A stretch of DNA of 56,844 nt. Source: a virus. Its lineage: Duplodnaviria > Caudoviricetes. This document shows positions 1 through 8,709 of the stretch, one piece after another; within the stretch, counting starts at the first letter, position 1; every line of letters starts with the position of its first letter. Made by a program: the position numbers and the translations under genes. The notes beneath the pieces are model-generated. The model ran no database searches. It was not told the DNA's origin and saw only the letters and a list, made by a program, of their open reading frames with translations. The DNA lies in IMG/VR virus record IMGVR_UViG_3300045825_000531, positions 1-56,844 of that record; one strand, written 5' to 3'.

Positions 1-546
1 GTTGGTCTTGGTATCTACCTTGCACAACGTAACGAGGGTGCATTTAAAAACGTGTGGTGTAATTTCAGCACATCGCCAAAAATTTACCAACTTCCAGAAG
101 GTAAATTGAGTACAGCAGTTGGTGGTATCGATTACAGCAACTGGTCAATGAGTACAGATCTAAATGCAGTATTTGACCTTGTGTTAAGTACTGCAAAACG
201 TAACAAAGTACCAGAATCAGATATGCCAAAAACAATCTTGATTCTATCAGACATGGAGTTCAACTCTGCGTGTGGTCGTTACGGCTCAACATCGAATTTC
301 AACAAAATTCGTGAGCAATACAAATCAGCAGGATATGAAATGCCACTTGTGGTGTTTTGGAATATCAGTTCACGTAGCGGAAACTCACCAGTTCGTTTCG
401 ACGAAAATGGTGTAGTGCTTGTGGGTGGATACAGTCCTGTTATCATGAAAGAAGTTCTTAGTGGTAAAATCACTGGAATGACTCCGGAGAATTTTGTCAT
501 CAATGCGGTGGGTTCAAAATATTCATACCTTAACGACCTAGTCTAA
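1..546 (+). CDS. DUF2828 / TROVE(Ro)-like protein, C-terminal vWA-like part (5' end outside window)
   Basis: ILILSDMEFN, GYEMPLVVFWN and VLVGGYSP motifs; the frame is open from the window start. Confidence 0.75.
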   Translation, partial: VGLGIYLAQRNEGAFKNVWCNFSTSPKIYQLPEGKLSTAVGGIDYSNWSMSTDLNAVFDLVLSTAKRNKVPESDMPKTILILSDMEFNSACGRYGSTSNFNKIREQYKSAGYEMPLVVFWNISSRSGNSPVRFDENGVVLVGGYSPVIMKEVLSGKITGMTPENFVINAVGSKYSYLNDLV

Positions 547-548
547 AA

Positions 549-832
549 GGTGTGAGCTGAATAACCTCCTTAAACTGTTTCATATCCCAAAGATATGCGA
601 GCGCTGTTTAAATAGTTTCAGCAAAAATTGTCATGTGATACATGTAAAACATTGTAGATGCACGATTCTTTCGTATAACGCATTGTGTTCTTTATAACCT
701 TTTACAGATCTGTAAAGTTACGGCAACCCAAAAATAATGGATTTGTCTAATGCGAAAGCATAAGGACAAAAAAGCGTTAAAGTTTACGGTTATCTACAAA
801 CCGTTTGGATTGGAAGTCGCTCACCCAATCCT
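549..832 (+). ncRNA. Candidate structured non-coding RNA
   Basis: ORF-free gap with many complementary segments: GTGAGC/GCTCAC (5'-3' ends), GCTGAA/TTCAGC, CATATC/GATATG, TTGTAGAT/ATCTACAA, TAACGC/GCGTTA, ATGC-GAAA-GCAT tetraloop, GGATTGG/CCAATCC. Confidence 0.55.
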
Positions 833-852
833 TATTCCTCATTCAAATCTTC

Positions 853-860
853 TATAAATA
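853..860 (+). promoter_or_regulatory. T4-type late promoter TATAAATA
   Basis: Exact gp55 consensus 26 nt upstream of the ATG at 886; gp55 is encoded in the window. Confidence 0.75.
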
Positions 861-885
861 TCATAAATTACTTTATGAGATCCCC

Positions 886-1692
886 ATGCAAAAATTCACA
901 TTATTTTTACAAGAAAATTCAGAACGTGTAGAAAGAAACACGCCATTATCAACTGCGGAAGCCACGGCAATGTTGCTAAAAGTATATTCAAAAGATGATC
1001 TTGGTAATATTCTGAGAAAACGCTTCGGGATGGTTCGTGCTGATCGTGCAAATCCTGAAAACTGTTATATCTCATCTCCTTCTAAAAATGTTCGTGTATC
1101 ACCATTCGCATCAAATAATTACTACAATCTATTTTTCTCAAACAATGAAGCTTGGAAAAAATATCCTGTTAGAAATAAATCATTAATATGTGGTTCAAAT
1201 GATTTCATGGTATCAGGTCGTGCAGGTGATGAGTTCATGTTGATACCACTTAATCCAAAATCTAATTTAGGAATCTGTCCTGATGATGATATTTGGACAA
1301 GCTTTAAATCATTGAAACATTCTGACCTTGCATACTTTAGCGCTTTCATTAAAGGATTCATGCATGTATTAGCAGATAAAGAACCCGAGAGATTCAAAAA
1401 AGTTCCTAAAGATACAGATTATCCGGCATTTAAATCATTCCTAGAATTAGTTACTATTGATGATCTTAAAAAATATGCAAAAGATAACGAGATGTTCTAC
1501 AAAGGATTCAAGGATAAGAATTTTTATGAGATATTAACTGATATGTTTAACCCAGATAAAAATGGTTTTATGTTAATGCCGTTTGATAGATATATCAATT
1601 TTGGTAGTAGACCTGATGAAGAACTTTGGATTGAGGACGACTGTATTATGATTCCAATGATATTAAAGGATAACCTACTTCGTGAAATTTAA
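886..1692 (+). CDS. Putative ADP-ribosyltransferase-fold virion protein, paralogue 1
   Basis: Start MQKFTLFLQE; shares RVS..N..N...W..YP.R..S, D.W.SF and E.W motifs with three downstream ORFs; the fold call is inference. Confidence 0.5.
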   Translation: MQKFTLFLQENSERVERNTPLSTAEATAMLLKVYSKDDLGNILRKRFGMVRADRANPENCYISSPSKNVRVSPFASNNYYNLFFSNNEAWKKYPVRNKSLICGSNDFMVSGRAGDEFMLIPLNPKSNLGICPDDDIWTSFKSLKHSDLAYFSAFIKGFMHVLADKEPERFKKVPKDTDYPAFKSFLELVTIDDLKKYAKDNEMFYKGFKDKNFYEILTDMFNPDKNGFMLMPFDRYINFGSRPDEELWIEDDCIMIPMILKDNLLREI

Positions 1693-1963
1693 AAAACTTT
1701 TTCTTATAATAACTTTTTTGTTAATACTATTAGTCCCTTCTAAATTGAACGGTGCCGAGATTCCATATGTTGACGAGGACCTACTCAACTATAAATATGA
1801 GATAACGAATAATACTGCACAATGGTCAACACGATTAAGATTAGTCACAACTGATTATGGTAATATCAATTTCATTTATTATCAGATGTATAAAATCGAT
1901 GAATATACACTTGATACAAAACAACGTGACAAGAAAATTATCATGTATAACTATAAGTTCTAG
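1682..1963 (+). CDS. Small protein with N-terminal signal/TM segment
   Basis: Hydrophobic LFLIITFLLILLVP; overlaps the upstream gene. Confidence 0.55.
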   Translation: MKFKKLFLIITFLLILLVPSKLNGAEIPYVDEDLLNYKYEITNNTAQWSTRLRLVTTDYGNINFIYYQMYKIDEYTLDTKQRDKKIIMYNYKF

Positions 1964-1971
1964 GGGACAAA

Positions 1972-2802
1972 ATGAAAGGCAAATTTAAAAATTTCTTACT
2001 TGAGGTTGATTCATCCGAGTATAAGATGTCAAGATCTGAGGAAGTAGATTCGAAGAAAGTTGTTGAGTTGTTAAATTCTGATTATTCAGAGGCATTTAAA
2101 CAATTCAAAGATGGTAACAAAATATTTCGTGGAACATCATCTGATTGGGATTACATGGTAACAGATCCTTCAATTGGTACACGTGTTTCCGCAAATACAT
2201 TGAACTACTACACATTAATCATTGATAACTGTGATGCATGGAAAGAATATCCTAAACGCTCAAAATCAATTATCTGTACAACAACCACTGACTATGCAAG
2301 CGGTTACGGACGAATATATGCAGTATTTCCTATCAATGGTTCGAATATCGGTGTATGTTCAAAAGAAGATTTTTGGGAGTCGTTTCCTGTTCTAAAAACT
2401 GAATACAGACGTGCAGGTATTCCTATCGACCCAGTTCTAGGTTCATTAACAAGATTACTTGGTGGTCTTGTAGACCTAGTTGGTAAACGTCCTGATGTTA
2501 AGACATTACCTTCATTGAAGAAAGCATTTGATGCAGTTGATACATTCATTACAAATAAAGAATATGATCAAAAATCTAATTTAAATACAGGTATTCTATT
2601 TGACGTTATGAAGATGCTTGACTATAAAGGTCATCTTTATACATCAGTTGAAGATCTACTTAACCCAGTTAAAAACAAATTTCAAATGGAAAAAATTGGT
2701 TCATTCAAAGCAGGAAAAAACAACGAGGTATGGACTGATGGTAAGTGTTTATTGATTGATGTGGATTATATTAAAAAAATTATGAGTAAAATGGATAAAT
2801 GA
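1972..2802 (+). CDS. Putative ADP-ribosyltransferase-fold virion protein, paralogue 2
   Basis: IFRG, SIICTTTTDYASGYG and NEVW motifs resembling R-S-E ARTs; start MKGKFKNFLLE. Confidence 0.5.
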   Translation: MKGKFKNFLLEVDSSEYKMSRSEEVDSKKVVELLNSDYSEAFKQFKDGNKIFRGTSSDWDYMVTDPSIGTRVSANTLNYYTLIIDNCDAWKEYPKRSKSIICTTTTDYASGYGRIYAVFPINGSNIGVCSKEDFWESFPVLKTEYRRAGIPIDPVLGSLTRLLGGLVDLVGKRPDVKTLPSLKKAFDAVDTFITNKEYDQKSNLNTGILFDVMKMLDYKGHLYTSVEDLLNPVKNKFQMEKIGSFKAGKNNEVWTDGKCLLIDVDYIKKIMSKMDK

Positions 2803-3608
2803 TGAAATTTAGAGACCTTGTATTTGAACGAACAGAGCGCACTACAATTTCAGATATTGATGAGGTCTCTAAAATTTTATTGAAAGAATATTCTCATAAA
2901 GATCTAGATATTATATTGAACTGTAGATCACCTTTTTTCCGTGGTGATTATGCATCAGACCCATATCTTATTATTGATCCTTCGTTAAATAAACGTGTGT
3001 CCCCAAATGCCAGTAATAATTATTATAACAGTTTCTTATCTAATAATGAGAAATGGAAAGCGTATCCTTCACGTGAATATTCAGTTGTTGGGTCAACAGC
3101 ACGAGGCAAAGCAGAAAATTATCATAATTCATTATATATCCTAATTCCTTTAAAAAAATCATCTAAAATATCATTAGCACCTGGAAGTGACCTATGGTTA
3201 TCCTTTTCAAGTGTTGCATGGAAAAATATGGGTAATCTAGACGAATTTGGTGCTGAGTTAGAAAATTTCTTTGATAAATTATTGAAGAAAAAAGTAATAG
3301 AAAAGATTCCATCAGATGTTGATTATAAGGAATTGAAATCTACCCTTAAATCAATTACTCCTGATATATACAAAGAACATGCAACAACATATTTCAAAAA
3401 TTTATTTAAAATTCCTGATGGAAAAACAATGTATGATGTTGTTTCAGTTATGTTATCTCCTGATGAGAACAATTTTAAATTAATTGACACCTTAGATTTC
3501 TTTAATAATCCACCACGTCGTAATGAGGTGTGGACTGATAAAAAATGTGTGATGATTGAAGTAAATCATATTGGCGAAATAAAGAAAAAGGTAGGATTAA
3601 ATGACTAA
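2799..3608 (+). CDS. Putative ADP-ribosyltransferase-fold virion protein, paralogue 3
   Basis: FFRG, SVVGSTARGKAENY and NEVW motifs; start MMKFRDLVFE. Confidence 0.5.
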   Translation: MMKFRDLVFERTERTTISDIDEVSKILLKEYSHKDLDIILNCRSPFFRGDYASDPYLIIDPSLNKRVSPNASNNYYNSFLSNNEKWKAYPSREYSVVGSTARGKAENYHNSLYILIPLKKSSKISLAPGSDLWLSFSSVAWKNMGNLDEFGAELENFFDKLLKKKVIEKIPSDVDYKELKSTLKSITPDIYKEHATTYFKNLFKIPDGKTMYDVVSVMLSPDENNFKLIDTLDFFNNPPRRNEVWTDKKCVMIEVNHIGEIKKKVGLND

Positions 3609-4395
3609 ATTTAGATCTTTTCTATTTGAAGATAAAAGCAGATCAGTTAGATTAGATATGGATGATTTTATAAAATCCATGGATGATTATTCAGATGCAA
3701 TAAAAAATTATATAGATGGTAAAAGAATATATCGTGGAAATGATAATGCTAAAGGTGAAATATTATTAACTAAACCATCTGAGTTTAATCGGGTTTCTGC
3801 TAACACATTAAATTTTGTTACATTAATCGTTGATAATATGAAGGAATGGGATAAATATCCAAAGAGATCAAAATCTATTATATGCTCATCATCACCAAGT
3901 AATGCAAGTGATTATGGAAATCCTTATATAGTTCTACCTAAAAATGGTGCAAAAATCGGTGTATGTCCTGAAAGCGATTGGTGGTACAGTTTTGGTGAGA
4001 TTATGATTAATAATGTAAATAACCTTATAAGATTGATCTTAAAATCTGTAGATCCTAAACTACATATTGATGCAACAAATCATACATCTGATATAACAGA
4101 TTATAAAGTGTTAATGGAATTAATCAGAAAATTTGATTCCGATGAGAAATATGAAAAATCTATTATGTCTTCAAATTTATCGGGTGTATATAAAAAAATA
4201 AAAGGGTCTAATAAAACATTTGAAGAAGCTATTATTGATTACGTAAGTCCTGATAATTATAATTTTAAACTTATTGATGTTAAAGATTATAAACTTAAAC
4301 GAAAAAATCAAGAGTTATGGACTGATGGCGATAGTATATTAATTCGTGAAAGTGAATTAGTAATTCTCTTAGATAAGGAAGGTATGTTGAAATGA
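3601..4395 (+). CDS. Putative ADP-ribosyltransferase-fold virion protein, paralogue 4
   Basis: IYRG, SIICSSSPSNASDYG and QELW motifs; start MTKFRSFLFE. Confidence 0.5.
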   Translation: MTKFRSFLFEDKSRSVRLDMDDFIKSMDDYSDAIKNYIDGKRIYRGNDNAKGEILLTKPSEFNRVSANTLNFVTLIVDNMKEWDKYPKRSKSIICSSSPSNASDYGNPYIVLPKNGAKIGVCPESDWWYSFGEIMINNVNNLIRLILKSVDPKLHIDATNHTSDITDYKVLMELIRKFDSDEKYEKSIMSSNLSGVYKKIKGSNKTFEEAIIDYVSPDNYNFKLIDVKDYKLKRKNQELWTDGDSILIRESELVILLDKEGMLK

Positions 4396-5123
4396 CATTT
4401 AAAGAACTTGCAGAAAGTATTGAGGATAAAGGTATTTTAAAAGCCGTGTTCATGGTAGCAGGCCCAGGCTCTGGTAAGACTTTTATCGGAAAGCAGCTTA
4501 TGGGTGCAATTGAACCAAGAACGGTGAATACAGACAAATATTCACGTGATTATTTCGGTATTAAAAAAGAGGTGTGGGATATCTTTACTACGGAAACTCC
4601 TCAATCAGTTGTAGATAAATCAAAACTAATGACTCAAGAACAACTAACATTAAACATTAATTCTATGTTACCATTGCTTATTGACAGCACATCATCTAAT
4701 ACAACATCGCTATTCAAGCGTGATGGTATTCTTAAATCACTCGGTTATGAGACTGCAATGGTTTTTGTAAAAACATCATTAGAGGTTGCACAACGTCGTA
4801 ATAAAGAACGACTTGAAAAAGGTGATGGTGGTGTTCCTGAAGAATTCTTGATTGAAACATATAAAAAAATTGCTGAGATTGAAGAGTTTTATCGTGATAA
4901 CTTTAAGAATTTTTTTGTGATTCAGAATGAAGATGATAATGCATTTGATATGTACTTAAACAAACGTTTCAAGGAAATACAAAAATTTTATTCAACCCCA
5001 TCAAAGAACCCAATCGGTGTTAATATATTAAAAATATTAAAAGAACATAAAGGTAAATATATATCTGATGTTGAAGAATTTAATTTGGAACGTATTCAAT
5101 CAATCATAAAAGGTTGGTATTAA
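4392..5123 (+). CDS. P-loop kinase (zeta toxin / polynucleotide kinase-like)
   Basis: Walker A AGPGSGKT, VNTD, LLIDST, lid motif SLEVAQRRNKER. Confidence 0.75.
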   Translation: MTFKELAESIEDKGILKAVFMVAGPGSGKTFIGKQLMGAIEPRTVNTDKYSRDYFGIKKEVWDIFTTETPQSVVDKSKLMTQEQLTLNINSMLPLLIDSTSSNTTSLFKRDGILKSLGYETAMVFVKTSLEVAQRRNKERLEKGDGGVPEEFLIETYKKIAEIEEFYRDNFKNFFVIQNEDDNAFDMYLNKRFKEIQKFYSTPSKNPIGVNILKILKEHKGKYISDVEEFNLERIQSIIKGWY

Positions 5124-5133
5124 AGGAGAGAAT

Positions 5134-5676
5134 TTGGATCTTAATGAACTAAATAGAATATATCATTTTTTAAATAATGCTATTATACATAATGATGTTG
5201 AAGCAACAGATATATGTAATACCATAGTTATGCTCAGTGAGTTACCTATCACAAAAGGTGATAGTGTCTTGAAAGATGTGATTGTAGATGTGATAAAAGA
5301 TCCTCGCTGTATGCTTGTACTTATTAGTGTATGGAACAAAAGAAATCCTGGTAAAATGATACCAAACTCAATACGTCGTGCATTGAAAAAAATGCTTGAA
5401 AATAAATTTTCTGAAAATGCGTTATTAAATGTTAAACCTTTCGAAGGTATATACCTGAAAGATATTATAAAATTATCAAGACCAAAACCATTTATTGTAA
5501 ATATAGAATTATCAGATGTTTCAGATGCATATGACAATTATATTACTGTAGTTGCTCCTGATGGATTAACTATCAATAAAAGAAATCTGGGTGTTTCTTT
5601 TGATGCATTAAATCTTACATATAAACGGTATTATCATAAAGACATATTCAAGATAATAATCGATAGCAATATATAA
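5134..5676 (+). CDS. TROVE (Ro60)-like domain fragment protein
   Basis: IPNSIRRALKKMLENKFSE...LKDIIKLSRPKP resembles the TROVE core P.S.K.A....F.....LKD...L.HPKP. Confidence 0.5.
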   Translation: MDLNELNRIYHFLNNAIIHNDVEATDICNTIVMLSELPITKGDSVLKDVIVDVIKDPRCMLVLISVWNKRNPGKMIPNSIRRALKKMLENKFSENALLNVKPFEGIYLKDIIKLSRPKPFIVNIELSDVSDAYDNYITVVAPDGLTINKRNLGVSFDALNLTYKRYYHKDIFKIIIDSNI

Positions 5677-5679
5677 ATA
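5672..5679 (+). promoter_or_regulatory. T4-type late promoter TATAAATA
   Basis: Exact consensus upstream of the AAGGAG RBS and ATG at 5697. Confidence 0.75.
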
Positions 5680-5696
5680 TTAAAAAAGGAGATGAT

Positions 5697-6590
5697 ATGT
5701 TACCTAAATTTTCATCGTTTATAAGCGAGGGTGGTAATGCAATTAAATCATCATCTCGAATTAATCAAGAGAATGTTGCATCAACAGTAAAGTCAATTCA
5801 GGAAAAACTACTACCTAGATTTAAACTCAAAACTACAGACACATCAATGTTAGGTTCCACAGGTAAAAAATTACCCGGTGGATCATCAGGTGACATTGAC
5901 CTTGCATTGTCTATTCAAGCGCTAATCGAAAATAATAATCTCGAAACAACTAAAGATATTTTTGATTTTATCGCTAAAGAATCTGCAAGTCTCTCACATG
6001 AGATTAAAGATATGAGACAGATGGGATTGATTTCAATTGCATGGCCTATCTCAAATGATGACGGCAAACAAGATGGTTTATTTGTACAATTAGATTTGAT
6101 GGTTGTAGATTCAATTGATTGGGCCACATGGGCATATTATTCACCTGCAGAATGGGAAAGTCCTTGGAAAGGTTTGTACAGAAATGAAATCTTGTATTCC
6201 ATTGCAAAGTTCATGGATTATAAGGTTCTTAAAACTGCAATGAACAAAGAGGGTGTTGAAGTAGATGCTGAATGGGAACGTAATTTCTTTGACTTAGGTA
6301 AAGGATTATTGAAAGGTGCCCAATCTGCTATGGGTAAAACAGGTATTACAAAAACTGTTAAAACACTTGATAAAGTTCTTGTAAACAACAATCCTGATGA
6401 TACAGTAAAAATGATGTTTGGTCCTAATTTCACTGCACATACAAATCTTACATGGGAAGATACCTTTAAGAACATTATGTCACCTGATTTCGTTTATAAA
6501 AATAAACTTAAAGAAATCCTCAAGATGACAAAAGATGGTATTATATCAAAAGGATATCCAGTACCTGAAGAATTAGATAAATTGATATAA
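5697..6590 (+). CDS. Pol-beta superfamily nucleotidyltransferase
   Basis: LGSTGKK....SGDIDLAL and VQLDLM motifs; start MLPKFSSFISE. Confidence 0.75.
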   Translation: MLPKFSSFISEGGNAIKSSSRINQENVASTVKSIQEKLLPRFKLKTTDTSMLGSTGKKLPGGSSGDIDLALSIQALIENNNLETTKDIFDFIAKESASLSHEIKDMRQMGLISIAWPISNDDGKQDGLFVQLDLMVVDSIDWATWAYYSPAEWESPWKGLYRNEILYSIAKFMDYKVLKTAMNKEGVEVDAEWERNFFDLGKGLLKGAQSAMGKTGITKTVKTLDKVLVNNNPDDTVKMMFGPNFTAHTNLTWEDTFKNIMSPDFVYKNKLKEILKMTKDGIISKGYPVPEELDKLI

Positions 6591-6599
6591 GGAATTTAA

Positions 6600-8222
6600 A
6601 TGACACATCTTTATCAAGACGTTTCTAAAAAAGGTATGAGTTTTCTTGATGTCTTATTCAGTAAAGAATTAACAATATCTGAAAAAATTGATGGTACTGC
6701 ACTAATCTGTAAAAAAACAAAATCAGGTGTAACATTTTTTGGTCGTGAAGGTGCAAAGAAAATCGATAAAGTTGCACGAATGTTCTCGACAATGTATGAG
6801 CCTGGTATTGAACACCTTAAAAAACAAGATTTATCATTCCTTAGAAATGATGAGGAATTGCATTTTGAGTATTTTTCTCCTAAGGTAAATCATATCGTAA
6901 CATACGACAAAATTCCTGAGAATGGTTTAGTTTTGTTATCAAGTACAACAAAAAGAAATATCAATATGATTGCACATGATCTTGGTGTTCTTGCTCCACC
7001 CGTTATATTCAAAGGTAAATTATCAGTTGAGCAAATCGATGAGTTGAAAAAATTCTTGATAATGAGTCCTGAATTACGACAGATAAAATTTAAAACTAGT
7101 TCATTTACTGTTTATATTATAAGTATTCTTAATTCATCATATAAACCTACATTGGGTAGTAATGACATTGAAGGTGTTGTAATTGCAACTTCAGATGGTA
7201 ATTATTTTTCAAAGATTGTAGACCCATTATTCACTGATACTATTATGTCTAAGAAAGACAATGATACAGTTAAGGCCGAGTATTATAAAGATATTTCTAA
7301 ACTAGTAACAAATCTTGATTTATCAAGTGCCGAAACTTATGATAGCGATGAGACTGAACCTGAGGATAGATATATTGATTTCTTAATGCATATCATTATT
7401 GATAATCTCGGTGAACTAATGGAAAAGAAATCTCAATTTGAAAAATATGATTTCGGTACACCTTATGTTGTAACATATACAGATTTTAATTATAATATGT
7501 TCCCAAAGATTATTGCTGATATAATGAAAGAAAATCCTTGGTTTAGAGATTTTGCTCGTTTAGTATTTGGTAATTACCTTAAAGAAAAAGGTCGTGCAAC
7601 AAAGAACTTCACAAAAGATGAAGTTCAGATTATCAATACAAAAATTAAATTAATCAAGAAATATGTACTTCGTGATGAAGATGAACCCGTCACAGAATCT
7701 GAGATGATTATTGAAGATGAAGTTGAAACATATGGTGTCATGTTTGGTAGATTTCAACCATTAACATTGGGTCATATGCGTGGTATTGAACAGATGAGCA
7801 ATGATGTCGATAAAGGAACAGTTTATATTGTAAAAGGTGAAAAATCATCAAAAGACAAAGATAAAAATCCTTTTAGTGCAGAAACACAACTTAAGTTATT
7901 ATCTGAAGTTCTTGGAGATAGGATTGATGCACAAGTTTCAAAATCAGCATTCTATCCTGATATTATTAATGAGATAGATGCAACTGATTTCAAAATATAT
8001 GCAGGTACGGATAGATATAATGCATATAAAAAAATGTTATCATATGTTGATGATGTAAAGACTGCTGAAGTTATTCAGATCAAACGATCAGATGATGATA
8101 TAAGTGCAACTAAGGTTCGTGATGCATTGAAAGCAGATGATGAAAAAACGTTTAAATCATTGACACCTCATCAGATACATAAATTTTATGATGATTTAAG
8201 AAAAGAGATCCTGGAGGCATAA
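6600..8222 (+). CDS. RNA-ligase-like nucleotidyltransferase fused to HxGH cytidylyl/adenylyltransferase
   Basis: N-terminal EKIDG (motif I), IEGVVI (IV), FSKIV (V); C-terminal FGRFQPLTLGH and ISATKVR. Confidence 0.7.
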   Translation: MTHLYQDVSKKGMSFLDVLFSKELTISEKIDGTALICKKTKSGVTFFGREGAKKIDKVARMFSTMYEPGIEHLKKQDLSFLRNDEELHFEYFSPKVNHIVTYDKIPENGLVLLSSTTKRNINMIAHDLGVLAPPVIFKGKLSVEQIDELKKFLIMSPELRQIKFKTSSFTVYIISILNSSYKPTLGSNDIEGVVIATSDGNYFSKIVDPLFTDTIMSKKDNDTVKAEYYKDISKLVTNLDLSSAETYDSDETEPEDRYIDFLMHIIIDNLGELMEKKSQFEKYDFGTPYVVTYTDFNYNMFPKIIADIMKENPWFRDFARLVFGNYLKEKGRATKNFTKDEVQIINTKIKLIKKYVLRDEDEPVTESEMIIEDEVETYGVMFGRFQPLTLGHMRGIEQMSNDVDKGTVYIVKGEKSSKDKDKNPFSAETQLKLLSEVLGDRIDAQVSKSAFYPDIINEIDATDFKIYAGTDRYNAYKKMLSYVDDVKTAEVIQIKRSDDDISATKVRDALKADDEKTFKSLTPHQIHKFYDDLRKEILEA

Positions 8223-8223
8223 T

Positions 8224-8700
8224 ATGATTACTTATCAACATGATATTGGTAGACCATTAACATCTGATGAATTAGATACAAATCTATCAACCCTATCATC
8301 AAGAATGATCCCGCTAACTAATCAATCAATTAATGGTAAAAAACATTTTGTAAATGGTGAGATAGATAATGTAGGTAATCCCGTTGGATTACAGGCTATT
8401 CGTTCAAAAGATATGCAAACATTTTTACCTACTGCCATTAATATACATAATAATGAAACAAATTTATCATTAGTTTTTTCAACGTCACCAATAAGAACAT
8501 CAAGTATAATTAATGATCTTGATGTAATTACATCTGAATTTGTACATAATAATCTTGTAAAAGGATTAACAATAAGTACAGAATTACCTATTAATCCTGA
8601 TTTAAATCCTATGTCGGATACTTGGTTAGTAACAACTTCAACATCTCCTAAATCAATTAGCAATATATACTACTATACAAATGGTTCATGGAACATATAA
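8224..8700 (+). CDS. Tail fibre/baseplate-associated protein
   Basis: RPLTSDELDTN anchor motif; paralogous to the N-terminus of the next gene. Confidence 0.5.
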   Translation: MITYQHDIGRPLTSDELDTNLSTLSSRMIPLTNQSINGKKHFVNGEIDNVGNPVGLQAIRSKDMQTFLPTAINIHNNETNLSLVFSTSPIRTSSIINDLDVITSEFVHNNLVKGLTISTELPINPDLNPMSDTWLVTTSTSPKSISNIYYYTNGSWNI

Positions 8701-8709
8701 GGAATAATT

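Noticed and set aside
805-885. 27-codon TTG extension of the first ART-like ORF
   Set aside because: It overlaps the RNA hairpin and lies upstream of the late promoter; paralogues align from the ATG at 886
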